Notes: a model not told the origin generated them from the letters alone. A stretch of DNA of 64,000 nt from Parcubacteria group bacterium GW2011_GWA1_56_13 (GCA_001004905.1 LCRY01000001.1:10461-74460), one strand, 5' to 3'. Numbered from the stretch's first letter, positions 9,566-18,629 are shown. Program-made: numbers and translations.

Positions 9566-10309
9566 GTGATATCGACTTTTTTTCACGCCGTTTTTTATGA
9601 CCCGATTTATAATGCGCTCGTAGCGCTCGTAGCGCTCGTTCCCGGCTCTGATGTTGGTATCGCGGTCGTTCTCGTTACCATTATCATCCGGCTGATACTG
9701 CTTCCCTTCTCATTATCGGCAGCGCGCACTCAGCGGGCGATGAAAGTTTTGGAGCCGAAACTCAAAGAACTAAAGGAGAAACACAAAGGGAATAAAGAAA
9801 AAGAAGCACTCGAAACCCTTGGGCTCTACCGTGAGGCGCGAGTGAACCCGTTTGCGAGCATCCTTATGGTGTTCATTCAAATCCCCGTTCTGCTCGCCCT
9901 CTACTGGGTTTTCTATTATGAGCCGTTGTCCACCATCAACGTAGCGCAGCTCTACTCATTCACTCCCGTTCCACACGCGGTCTCACTCCAATTCCTCGGC
10001 CTCATATCGGTCGCCGGCAAGAGTTTGGTTCTTGCGGTCCTCGCCGGTCTTACCCAATTCTTTCAGGCGCATATGGCGCTCTCCGGGACGATGAAACCGT
10101 CGGATGCGAAGGGAATTCAGAACGACTTCCAGAGAGTCATGGGGATGCAGCTGAAATATGTATTTCCGTTCATTATCGGTGTTATTTCCTACACGACCTC
10201 CGGTGCCATCGCGCTCTACTTCATCACGACCAATCTTGCTGGTGCCCTCCAGGAGTGGCATGTGCAGCGTGTCATAGCCCGGGAAACCTCAGAGCGAGTA
10301 GCCCCATAA
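9566..10309 (+). CDS. yidC: Membrane protein insertase YidC/Oxa1, short form
   Basis: 247 aa polytopic membrane protein directly after rnpA; conserved YidC core helices. Confidence 0.8.
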   Translation: MISTFFHAVFYDPIYNALVALVALVPGSDVGIAVVLVTIIIRLILLPFSLSAARTQRAMKVLEPKLKELKEKHKGNKEKEALETLGLYREARVNPFASILMVFIQIPVLLALYWVFYYEPLSTINVAQLYSFTPVPHAVSLQFLGLISVAGKSLVLAVLAGLTQFFQAHMALSGTMKPSDAKGIQNDFQRVMGMQLKYVFPFIIGVISYTTSGAIALYFITTNLAGALQEWHVQRVIARETSERVAP

Positions 10310-11512
10310 CGAACCATCATTCTTGTTGGTGAATACAAGCACGGTGTCCAGCGAATCGACCGCAGGCGCCTCGACATCGAGAGATTCCTTGGTTTCTTTA
10401 GAGAAGTCCAGAATAAACTGGGCATAACGCCCAGTGACCTGTATTTTCCATATCCTGTCGGTAAATGACACGGTGCCCCGGTACCAATCATCGGGATACC
10501 GGGAGCCCTGAGGTGGATTCATGGGGACCCCGCAATAAATGGTAGAATCGTCCGCCGTCCACACGCATTTATCCGCGATGGACGCAATGGGAAGAGGGAT
10601 CTTCTCTCCGGTCGCCACGTTCGCTAATTCCATCTGCATTGCGCCGCCGGCGTCGGCGTAACTTACGAGCAACCATTTGCCGGAGTGGCTTGCTTTGGCG
10701 ACAAGACCGTTGCGTGGCCCCGCGACACGGGAAAAATATCCAGCGCCATCGACGAGGAATGCAGCGCCCGGAAGAGTGGCGGAAGGTTTGGTGTACGCGA
10801 GATATTGGTTCTTCCCGGCGAATGCGACGCGCAATGACGACAACGGCGTCGAAAATATCTGTGAAGCATGTGTGCCGTCGGTTCGGGCAAGCGAAGCGAC
10901 CGAGCCGTTCACGCCGGAGGAGAGTGTGAGCACGCCTGTCGAGGAAACGGCGATATCGGAAAGATTCTGTGGCAGGAAAAATCCATCAGAACCGTCTGTC
11001 CGTAAGGCGTAGGTGTTGGTGGTGGAGAAATCAGCGCCTGAAAGATAACGCACGAAAACCCCGGACGCATCCGGGAGCCAGACGGCGGACTGAATGCCCG
11101 GGATGGTCCGGTTGCTTATCCGCGTCAGTGTACCTGTGCGCACGGAATATGAATACACATTGCCACTTTGTCGCTCGATGTAACTCACGATGGTTTCCCC
11201 TGTCCCGAGCGAAGTGGAGGGAGACGCAGAACTCTCGCCATCGCTGTTCACCACCATCTCGCCCGGCACCACCGGCCCGGCGCTTATTTTCACGAGTCGG
11301 GGGGGAGGGGTCGGAGAAGTGTTCGTAGTAACGGTCGTCGTTCCGAACTCTTCGACGGGAGAAGACGCACCTTGCCCTGCGATCGGCAGGTCCACACTTC
11401 CAGCAGGAGCAACGACGACGCTTGCGGTATTGACGAAAAAGTAAAAATAGGCGGCGGTTCCGGTCCCGGCCAGGACTATCACGATGGCGATGATGGTAAG
11501 TGCGCGGCGCAT
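10289..11512 (-). CDS. Hypothetical N-terminally membrane-anchored extracellular protein (possible beta-propeller)
   Basis: N-terminal TM IIAIVIVLAGTGTAAYFYFF; Thr/Pro-rich linker; no recognised motif; last gene of the minus-strand T4SS-like operon. Confidence 0.5.
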   Translation of the reverse strand: MRRALTIIAIVIVLAGTGTAAYFYFFVNTASVVVAPAGSVDLPIAGQGASSPVEEFGTTTVTTNTSPTPPPRLVKISAGPVVPGEMVVNSDGESSASPSTSLGTGETIVSYIERQSGNVYSYSVRTGTLTRISNRTIPGIQSAVWLPDASGVFVRYLSGADFSTTNTYALRTDGSDGFFLPQNLSDIAVSSTGVLTLSSGVNGSVASLARTDGTHASQIFSTPLSSLRVAFAGKNQYLAYTKPSATLPGAAFLVDGAGYFSRVAGPRNGLVAKASHSGKWLLVSYADAGGAMQMELANVATGEKIPLPIASIADKCVWTADDSTIYCGVPMNPPQGSRYPDDWYRGTVSFTDRIWKIQVTGRYAQFILDFSKETKESLDVEAPAVDSLDTVLVFTNKNDGSLWGYSL

Positions 11513-11513
11513 A

Positions 11514-12209
11514 TCAATATCTCACACACGGATTTTGCACCGGCGTGGAACCCTGACCATCAGTGCAAGAAACTTGCGTGAGATTTTCTCTACAAAGGTC
11601 GTTGAAAAATTGTCGACAACCGTTTGAGTCCCTGGCACAAAAGTAACTTTTTCCATCAACAACGGCTTCTGGTTTCAGTTGAATACAGTAAGTACCCGTT
11701 TGAGGCGATGCATAGTAATCCTGCTGAAAACCAATGATCTGGCCGTTATTTATAGCGCGCGTACTTCCTGCTCGGACCGATTCCTGTACGTACTGCGTCT
11801 GTTGGGTTTGCGGTGAGCCGGACCTGGTATCAAGCGGGGGAAGGTTAACGGAGAGATTGAGGATACTCGGGTTGATGATGGAGAAGACGAGTGCGGGAGA
11901 GAGGACAAGCACGAGGCCGAAAATGGCGTTGTATATTTTTCCCTTGCTGTCCGTGAGAATACTGACATTATCTTGGTTCGTCGCTATTCGGAGCCCTTCC
12001 CAAACGATCATGAGGACGGCAAGTACCGCGGCAAGGCCAATGAGATATTTATAAAGATTGTTGAAAAATGCCGCGAGTCCTGCCGAGTCGGCCGTCACTC
12101 CTTGGGTCAGTCCCGGAATGGGGGCGAGCGGAATGAATCCATCCGCGAATGCATGCGGCGCTACGCCGAAGAAAAAGAGCGTCACGGCGATAAATAACAT
12201 TTTTTTCAT
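11514..12209 (-). CDS. Secreted/membrane protein with VirB2/TrbC-like topology and a Cys-rich C-terminal extension
   Basis: Signal peptide MKKMLFIAVTLFFFGVAPHAFA followed by two long hydrophobic segments; six Cys in the C-terminal 80 aa; 4-nt overlap with the upstream gene. Confidence 0.35.
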   Translation of the reverse strand: MKKMLFIAVTLFFFGVAPHAFADGFIPLAPIPGLTQGVTADSAGLAAFFNNLYKYLIGLAAVLAVLMIVWEGLRIATNQDNVSILTDSKGKIYNAIFGLVLVLSPALVFSIINPSILNLSVNLPPLDTRSGSPQTQQTQYVQESVRAGSTRAINNGQIIGFQQDYYASPQTGTYCIQLKPEAVVDGKSYFCARDSNGCRQFFNDLCRENLTQVSCTDGQGSTPVQNPCVRY

Positions 12210-13201
12210 AGGCCGAAGAAATTAGTGCTCGGTTTCGCCCCGAATATAAGCGGAAGATTCGCGGCGGCGGTTGCCGCGTTACCGGAGGAAGCGGTGAGCG
12301 AGAGCGAAGCGGTTCCCCTCCCCTCGCCGGTGGGGCGTAGTGTTATCAAGTTGCCGGTTTGTGCCGCCACGCCGTTTAAAAACCACTGGAGCGTTGGCAC
12401 GCCGCCCGAGAGAGGGAACGAGAAGGGCGCCGCGTAGAACGTGGCCTCCGCACCGCTCATGGTGTAACTGCCGGCGAGAGCACGTCCGAAGCGGATGCCG
12501 AGCAGTGGATCGTTCTCGTATATGTGCACGGAAGGTTCGAGCGCGGAAAACGACAGTGAAGCGCCGCCGACGATGGTCCCGGCGGCGTTCGTTACGGTGA
12601 CGGAGATTTCGCGTGTGCGGTACTGAAGCGGCGCAGCGGCAATGATGCTTGATTTTCCGATACCGGAGGAATCCATGACACGTGCACCGTCAACCGTCCA
12701 TGCGTAGGAGTATGTCGCCGGGATGGATGTTTTCCCACTGGCGTCCCTCAGGTTTGCAATGGCGATTATTCGTACGCTCCCTTCGAGCGGCACGAAAGGC
12801 TTGCCTGGGTAAAGAGGGGGGAAGGAGGATACTGGTTCGGCAATCAGCAGCACGTCCTGAGGTTGGAGAGAGACCGTCTGATTTGAAGAAATGCTGCCCG
12901 AGGATATTGTCACCCTTACGTTCATGATACTCCCCGCTTTCCCGAGTGGAACGGTGACGGGACGCACTGCGCCTTTATATATCTCCTTGCCCGAAGCCGA
13001 GACAGTGAGCGTTGCATTTGCAAGTTCCAGCGAATCGGACAGAACCGAGAGTGTGGCGTTGCTATAAGGAGCGGGATACTGCGGGTTAACCGAGAGCGTG
13101 AAGGCATTGCCGGTTATACTCCCGAGGTTTTCAAGAGATTGCGCCGATGCCAGAAACGGTAACACAAGGGCGACGCCACAGATCGCAAAAGCGAGACGCA
13201 T
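12206..13201 (-). CDS. Hypothetical secreted protein (Ig-like or repetitive beta-rich)
   Basis: Signal peptide MRLAFAICGVALVLPFLASAQS; Ser/Thr-rich; operon with the VirB4-like gene. Confidence 0.5.
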   Translation of the reverse strand: MRLAFAICGVALVLPFLASAQSLENLGSITGNAFTLSVNPQYPAPYSNATLSVLSDSLELANATLTVSASGKEIYKGAVRPVTVPLGKAGSIMNVRVTISSGSISSNQTVSLQPQDVLLIAEPVSSFPPLYPGKPFVPLEGSVRIIAIANLRDASGKTSIPATYSYAWTVDGARVMDSSGIGKSSIIAAAPLQYRTREISVTVTNAAGTIVGGASLSFSALEPSVHIYENDPLLGIRFGRALAGSYTMSGAEATFYAAPFSFPLSGGVPTLQWFLNGVAAQTGNLITLRPTGEGRGTASLSLTASSGNAATAAANLPLIFGAKPSTNFFGL

Positions 13202-13231
13202 ACTCCCTAGTATATATCCTGCGTGAGGCGA

Positions 13232-13900
13232 CTACGCCGCCTCACGCGCTTTTTCGGGGATTCCGTATTCGCCGCCCTCGGCGTGCGCCTGTTCGTACCA
13301 CTCATCATCGGCCGCCTCTGTTTCCGCGCGGTCCTGCAAAAGCCGGGCCATCCGCCGGTTCTGTTGCTGTAGCTGGGAGGCGGCTTGTTCTTTTTCGAAT
13401 GTTTGCAGCGCCGCCTTTTCCACCCGTATCTGCGTACGGTACATTTTCCACACGACGAGAGTAATAACAGGAACGGATCCGACGATAGGGATCTCGCTTA
13501 CCAGCAAACTTCCGGCGAACCACAACGCATTTTCTTTGAATATACGTCCATTCGTGACGAGAAGTATGATCCCAACAGTAAGCCATCCGGCAAATCCTAC
13601 CGCCATCGCCATTATCACGCCGAATGGCGCGATCATTTCTATAGCGACGGCTCCCACGAGCCCCGCGCCGGCCGTGCATACAAGAGCGGCCGTCTTCGTT
13701 CCAAGTAGCCCGAATGTCCACGCCTCCAAGGTGCCGCTCGTCGTTATCGTGCAGTAGAGGGCGGCAAGCGCGGGTCCAAAAAACCAAAACATCTCGAACA
13801 TCAAGCGCAGTGCATCAAAAATGGCGGAGACCGCCAGCACGGGGGTAGCTCTTCCCCACATCATCACCTTTGGCGGAGCACTATTTCTTTTCTGCGGCAT
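13232..13900 (-). CDS. Hypothetical polytopic membrane protein with a C-terminal coiled-coil tail
   Basis: 4-5 predicted TM helices; Gln/charged-rich C-terminal tail; located between the VirB4-like and secreted genes. Confidence 0.5.
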   Translation of the reverse strand: MPQKRNSAPPKVMMWGRATPVLAVSAIFDALRLMFEMFWFFGPALAALYCTITTSGTLEAWTFGLLGTKTAALVCTAGAGLVGAVAIEMIAPFGVIMAMAVGFAGWLTVGIILLVTNGRIFKENALWFAGSLLVSEIPIVGSVPVITLVVWKMYRTQIRVEKAALQTFEKEQAASQLQQQNRRMARLLQDRAETEAADDEWYEQAHAEGGEYGIPEKAREAA

Positions 13901-14012
13901 ACCCAGCGAGGACTAAAAAGAATTGCTCCGCGTGTCTGAAATGCTGGAATCTTATGTCGTTAAGGTAGTTTTGAGACATCATAGTAAGCAAATTATGTCT
14001 GGAGCAAGAACA

Positions 14013-15842
14013 CTATGCTTTTTTGTCCTGCTGGGCATACCGCTCTTTCTCCTGCTTGATGGCGAGGAGCTGGGACGGGTCGGACGTGATTATCTGGTCC
14101 TCGGTATAGCTAGCCACTACCTTGATGGCGACGTGTTTCAGGCCTGCGAAAAAGAGCCCTTCGCCCACGCCGGCCTCGAGCAGGAGATATTTTTCCTCGT
14201 CGGTGAGGTTGAATGTCTCCTGCAGAACGTTGATGGTCGTCGGCGACTGCTTGAGGAGGAGTTGGAGCGACGAGTTCGTGAGAATGGGCCGTCCGTAGGG
14301 GCTCTTGAGGAAGTCCTCCACGTCCTGCGTAATGGTGCAGACGCCCAGGTAGTATTTGCGCCCGCGCTTGGCCACCGAGTAGAGGAAGGAAGCGGTGTCT
14401 TCGCTCTTCATCATCCACCACGCCTCGTCAATGATGAGAAGACGCTTCTTCAGTTCGTGGCGCACGGCGTTCCAGATGTAGTGCGTGATGATGTACATCG
14501 CGACCGGCTTCAATTCGTCCTCCATGTCGCGCACCGAGAAGACGGCGAATTGCTGTTTGATGTCTATATTGGTCGGCTGGTTGAGAAATCCCGCCCAGGT
14601 GCCGCGCGTATATTTCGAGAGCCGTTCGACCAAGGACTCGCTCCCTTCCATGCCGGAGAGTACCTGCTCGAAGTCGGAGAGGAGCGGCGGTTCGGCGCCG
14701 GTAAAGTCGGCGTCGCCGGTGATGTCTTTGAGCGCGTACGTCTCGCTGATGGCGCGGTCGACGATAGCGTCCTCTTCGGGCGAGAGGCCGGAAAGCATGA
14801 TACGGAAGAGCCCGACGAGCGCGATGATGTTTGACCGCAGGATGTCTTTCGGGTCCTCGTCTTCTTTGACCGCCGGAAGATCGAACGGGTTTATGTGGTG
14901 CTCGGAGGAGAGCGAAATGTGGAACGATCGGCCGCCGGTCGCCTCTGCGAGCTGGTCATATTCGCGTTCCGGATCGATGACGATGACGTCGGTGCCGAAC
15001 ATGAGGGAGCGAAGCACTTCAAGCTTCGTCGCGTAGCTCTTCCCGGACCCGGACTTTGCGAAAATGACCGAGTTGTAATTCTCAAGCGAAAAGCGGTCGA
15101 AGAGAATAAGCGAAGAATTGTGCCGGTTGATGCCGTAGAGGATGCCACGGTCGCTCGTGAGGTCGAACGAGACAAAGGGGAAGAGCGAAGAGAGCGGCGA
15201 GGAATTCAGCTTCGAGTTAACAAGGAGCTCGTCGGTTCCGAGCGGAAGGCATGAACGGAACCCCTGCTCCTGCTGGAACAGCGCCGGTTTCGTGTAAACG
15301 AGTTTTGCATCGAGGATACCTCGGATATTTCCTTCGGTTTTGTCGATCTCCTCCTTTGAGTCGCCGTAGAGCGCGAGGTAGAGCCCCACTTCAAAGAGTT
15401 TTTCCTGTGCTTGCTGGAGATTGTTGCGCAGCGTCTCCAGATCCTGATAGGCGGTATCAAGCAGGGGGTCGCGCACGAGTCCCTTCGCCTCACGCTCGTT
15501 GATCTGACTCTCTACTTCCGCAACTTTTTTCTGGAAATCACGAAGTGCCTGCGCCGTCTCGATCGGATGGATGAATACGGAAACGTCGAGCACCTTATCA
15601 AGGTTAATGACCGGCGAGAACCATCCGTCGGTGAGGAACCGCGGGTAGGAAATGGTGTAAAAAGCGCGGACGAACTTCTCCCCGAGCTCGATCTCGCGCG
15701 GGCCGATGGAAAGAGCCGTCGGAGCGATCGTATCGACGAGTTCCAAGGAACCCTGTTTGTAGATATCTTTCGGCAAGACCGGCACGACCATCTGGTCTTG
15801 CGAGTGTTCCTTCTTCCGGTTCAAAAAATCGAGGAGTGACAT
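14013..15842 (-). CDS. VirB4/TrbE/CagE-family type IV secretion ATPase (C-terminal ATPase portion)
   Basis: Walker A FAKSGSGKSY; DEAW-type Walker B LLIIDEAWWMM; 609 aa. Confidence 0.8.
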   Translation of the reverse strand: MSLLDFLNRKKEHSQDQMVVPVLPKDIYKQGSLELVDTIAPTALSIGPREIELGEKFVRAFYTISYPRFLTDGWFSPVINLDKVLDVSVFIHPIETAQALRDFQKKVAEVESQINEREAKGLVRDPLLDTAYQDLETLRNNLQQAQEKLFEVGLYLALYGDSKEEIDKTEGNIRGILDAKLVYTKPALFQQEQGFRSCLPLGTDELLVNSKLNSSPLSSLFPFVSFDLTSDRGILYGINRHNSSLILFDRFSLENYNSVIFAKSGSGKSYATKLEVLRSLMFGTDVIVIDPEREYDQLAEATGGRSFHISLSSEHHINPFDLPAVKEDEDPKDILRSNIIALVGLFRIMLSGLSPEEDAIVDRAISETYALKDITGDADFTGAEPPLLSDFEQVLSGMEGSESLVERLSKYTRGTWAGFLNQPTNIDIKQQFAVFSVRDMEDELKPVAMYIITHYIWNAVRHELKKRLLIIDEAWWMMKSEDTASFLYSVAKRGRKYYLGVCTITQDVEDFLKSPYGRPILTNSSLQLLLKQSPTTINVLQETFNLTDEEKYLLLEAGVGEGLFFAGLKHVAIKVVASYTEDQIITSDPSQLLAIKQEKERYAQQDKKA

Positions 15843-15844
15843 AA

Positions 15845-16480
15845 TCAGTTGTCGAGGCGAATGGGGTTCTCAAGCTCTCCGGGATTGAAGGAACGGTACA
15901 AGAGTTCGATGATCTCCTCGGTTCCGAGCGGAACCGCTCGTACGCCGGTGCCGACGAGCCCTTCCGCGACGAGCGAGAGCCGCTGCTCAAGTTGCGCGCG
16001 GTCCTGCTCGAACGAGGCCTCTTGGGCGGCGCTCTTTACCGATGCGCTTTCGCGCTTCAGAAAGCTGACGGTCGCTGCGGCGGACACGTGCGGCGTGTAC
16101 GGCACGATGATGTAGAACGATTTTGTCATGATATTCGCTTGGTCCGTAAACGAGCGTACGAACTCGACGTACTCGTGCAACTGGATGCGCATAAGCTCGG
16201 TCTTTTGCTCCGGCGCTTTCTCTGCAAGTAGGGCGAGATACGGGCGCAGGTCCATACGGCGCGAATTGATGACGATCTGGATGGAAAAATCGAGCGTATT
16301 GAGAAAATTCTGGAAGCCAAGGACGATGGCATGCTGTTCATCGGCGGATTTAAGGCCGAAGTTGATGGAAGAACAGATAAGTACGCCGCGATAGCCGCCG
16401 TCTTTGAGGACGATAGTTCCGTTCCGTATCTCTTTGACCGGAACGAACTGCTGCGTTGCGCCTGCCGATTTAGTCGCCAT
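15845..16480 (-). CDS. VirB4 N-terminal-domain-like protein (possibly the split N-terminal part of the adjacent VirB4)
   Basis: 211 aa. The stop (15845-15847) lies 2 nt from the ATG (15840-15842) of the VirB4 ATPase ORF in a different frame. Combined 820 aa matches a full-length VirB4. Confidence 0.5.
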   Translation of the reverse strand: MATKSAGATQQFVPVKEIRNGTIVLKDGGYRGVLICSSINFGLKSADEQHAIVLGFQNFLNTLDFSIQIVINSRRMDLRPYLALLAEKAPEQKTELMRIQLHEYVEFVRSFTDQANIMTKSFYIIVPYTPHVSAAATVSFLKRESASVKSAAQEASFEQDRAQLEQRLSLVAEGLVGTGVRAVPLGTEEIIELLYRSFNPGELENPIRLDN

Positions 16481-16481
16481 A

Positions 16482-16928
16482 TCAAGTATCGCGTTCAGCG
16501 GGATTCACATCTCCCTTTTTTACGTCAAGTGACCACGCGAGTTCGGAGAGTTTCCCTCGGGTGAGCTTCGGCGTGCCACGCCTGGGTAGCTGCGCCGCCT
16601 CGGCAGCCGCCGCTGCAGCGGTCGCGGCGGTATATTCCTTGACCCCCGTCTCTTTATGTTTCCAGAGGAAGAATTTCGCGCCGGTGTAATAATTGAAACC
16701 GGCCTCCAGGATCTCGATAAATGCCTTGCCGTTCACCTTATAGAATGCGAGTGCCGCGCCGAATCCTGCCACGAGGGCCGAGAGCACGATCGCGAAGATC
16801 ATCGGCAGATAAACGAAGAACACGACGCAAAGCCCCGCAGCGCCGGCGATATAGATGAATTGTTTGAGGGTCAGAGGCCCGATGATCTTGTCCTCTACCT
16901 CGATGAACTGCGGCACTTGGTACTCCAT
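16482..16928 (-). CDS. PrgI-family (VirB3-like) small membrane protein
   Basis: N-terminus MEYQVPQFIEVEDKIIGPLTLKQFIYIAGAAG matches the PrgI-family start (VP..I..EDKI.GPLT..Q.IY); two TM segments; first gene of the operon. Confidence 0.55.
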   Translation of the reverse strand: MEYQVPQFIEVEDKIIGPLTLKQFIYIAGAAGLCVVFFVYLPMIFAIVLSALVAGFGAALAFYKVNGKAFIEILEAGFNYYTGAKFFLWKHKETGVKEYTAATAAAAAAEAAQLPRRGTPKLTRGKLSELAWSLDVKKGDVNPAERDT

Positions 16929-16941
16929 CCGCTCCAGTATA

Positions 16942-17002
16942 CCCTAGCACTCAACCGGTTTACGAAGTTCCCAGGCCGTTTTGTTCATTATTGAGTGCTG
17001 GG
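16942..17002. promoter_or_regulatory. Imperfect inverted repeat in the promoter region of the T4SS-like operon
   Basis: cctagcactcaa (16943-16954) and ttgagtgctggg (16991-17002) are reverse complements at 11 of 12 positions, about 36 nt apart. Confidence 0.3.
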
Positions 17003-17085
17003 TATAGCGGTAGTGCACAACGGTACACGCGGGATACTGTTGCTCTATACTGTATATGTTCGGAGTTCTTTACGGAGGGGCGAGT

Positions 17086-17268
17086 ATGGATATGACCATG
17101 GGCAAGGAACTCATTCTGGTAACGCGGGCGGAAGAGACCAGATGTTTTCGGTGCCGGAAAGTGGTCGATCTGACCATGGGAGCTTACCAAGAGCAGGTCG
17201 ACAGCATCGGGATCCCGCACTACTACCACATTTCCTGCTGGTTCGGACCCCTGGATTATCTGGATTAA
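17086..17268 (+). CDS. Hypothetical small Cys/His protein (possible zinc ribbon)
   Basis: 60 aa; CFRC...HYYHISCW; intergenic location; weak support. Confidence 0.25.
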   Translation: MDMTMGKELILVTRAEETRCFRCRKVVDLTMGAYQEQVDSIGIPHYYHISCWFGPLDYLD

Positions 17269-17301
17269 CAAGAGGCCGCACGAGGAGGCCTCTTCTTAAT
17301 T

Positions 17302-17562
17302 TTATGCCCCGCTCCCCTTGATGTCTTTGGATTGTAGCGGGCTTTCTATGCCAGGGACCCACTTTGCATTGATGGTGCCGAATTTCTTTTCATATTCCCC
17401 TAGCTGATGCACGAGACTCTGCACTAGCCGCTTCATATGTTGTGGCGTGAGTGCGTACGCATGCGCCGTCTCGCCGACGCTCATGAGCAGAACGAAATTC
17501 TCCTCGGAATGCCCCGCAATAACGTTTTCGCAGAACTGTTTGGGGATTTTATTGAAATCCAT
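17302..17562 (-). CDS. DUF3467-family small protein
   Basis: 86 aa; SEENFVLLMSVGETAHAYALTPQHMKRLVQSLVHQLGEYEKKFGTI resembles the DUF3467 core. Confidence 0.55.
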   Translation of the reverse strand: MDFNKIPKQFCENVIAGHSEENFVLLMSVGETAHAYALTPQHMKRLVQSLVHQLGEYEKKFGTINAKWVPGIESPLQSKDIKGSGA

Positions 17563-17569
17563 GCTTGCA

Positions 17570-18223
17570 TCATATGCTCCCGCCTGTCAGAAGTCCAAAC
17601 AGCCAGAGGACGAAATGAAAGAACGGCGTGGCAAAAATGTACGAGAAGATGATGAGGAACAGGACGAGAGAGAGTGCTCCGGCAGTACGGACCTGCTGCT
17701 CGAAGCGGCTCAAGCCAGGCGCGAGGTGCCACGGCAGCGCGGAACGCAGCGCGGTGAATCCGTCGAGCGGCGGGAATGGGATGAGATTGAAGAGGCCGAG
17801 GAAGAGGTTTATGAACGCGATGGTCGCGGCCAAAGAAAGCGCGGTTGCCGACAGCAGAGTGTCGCCCGTAGCGAGCGGAACAGAGCCAACACGGACGATG
17901 AGGCCGAAAATGACCGCAAGGAGGATATTCGTGCCGCTTCCGGCGACGGCAACGAGCGTTTCTCCCCAGTGCGGATTCCTCAGGTTGAAGGGATTGTATG
18001 GGACGGGCTTTGCCCAGCCGAAGAGGATGGGTGACCCCGTAAAGACGAGCAGCGCCGGAATGACGACGGAGCCCATGAGGTCGATGTGGGGAAGCGGATT
18101 GAGCGTGAGGCGCCCGGCGAGTCGGGCGGTCGGGTCGCCGAGCGAATTGGCGGCGTAGCCGTGCGCCACCTCATGCGCTATGACGGAAAAGACAAGAATG
18201 ACGAGAGAAAGAATACTGTCCAT
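17570..18223 (-). CDS. Site-2 protease family (peptidase M50) membrane metalloprotease
   Basis: HEVAHGYAA HExxH motif within the first TM region; multiple TM helices; 217 aa. Confidence 0.8.
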   Translation of the reverse strand: MDSILSLVILVFSVIAHEVAHGYAANSLGDPTARLAGRLTLNPLPHIDLMGSVVIPALLVFTGSPILFGWAKPVPYNPFNLRNPHWGETLVAVAGSGTNILLAVIFGLIVRVGSVPLATGDTLLSATALSLAATIAFINLFLGLFNLIPFPPLDGFTALRSALPWHLAPGLSRFEQQVRTAGALSLVLFLIIFSYIFATPFFHFVLWLFGLLTGGSI

Positions 18224-18331
18224 ATTGCTCGTTTCGTATCCTATGCTACCATGCGCCCCAGTACCACAGCCTCGCTTCGCTCGGCTGGCTACGGGGTAGG
18301 TCTCCTAAGGCAAGGTATCTATTTAATTTTT

Positions 18332-18574
18332 ATGGCAAGACAATGTGAAATTACCGGGAAAAGCACGCAAATCGGCGGGCGGTACTCTAACCGCACCCGC
18401 GCGACGCAGTTCAACCCGACCGGCAAAGGGCGCCGCAAGGCAAATCTCCAGCGCCGCCGCATCTACGTCGCCGAGCTCGGCAAGACCGTCATCGTCGATG
18501 TTTCCGTAAAAGGGCTTAAAACTATCAAGAAAAACGGTGCATTCGCCGCGCTCAAGAAGGCAGGAGTGATTTAA
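18332..18574 (+). CDS. rpmB: 50S ribosomal protein L28
   Basis: 80 aa MARQCEITGKSTQIGGRYSNRTRATQFNPTGKGRRKANLQRRRIYVAELGKTVIVDVSVKGLKTIKKNGAFAALKKAGVI; classic L28; lies within the longer track ORF 18086-18574. Confidence 0.9.
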   Translation: MARQCEITGKSTQIGGRYSNRTRATQFNPTGKGRRKANLQRRRIYVAELGKTVIVDVSVKGLKTIKKNGAFAALKKAGVI

Positions 18575-18581
18575 TAACGGC

Positions 18582-18615
18582 AAAAAAGAGCGCCGGACCA
18601 TTCGTTCGGCGCTCT
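18582..18615 (-). terminator. Terminator of cassette gene A (minus strand)
   Basis: Hairpin agagcgccg-gaccattcgtt-cggcgctct preceded on the plus strand by AAAAAA (a T-run on the minus strand). Confidence 0.5.
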
Positions 18616-18629
18616 GCTCACGGGCTCTG

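Noticed and set aside
16960-17362. ORFs 16960-17271 (-), 16995-17321 (+) and 17111-17362 (-) in the intergenic region upstream of the T4SS-like operon
   Set aside because: They are mutually overlapping and compositionally biased with no motifs. Only the 60-aa Cys/His ORF (17086-17268) was retained, at low confidence.
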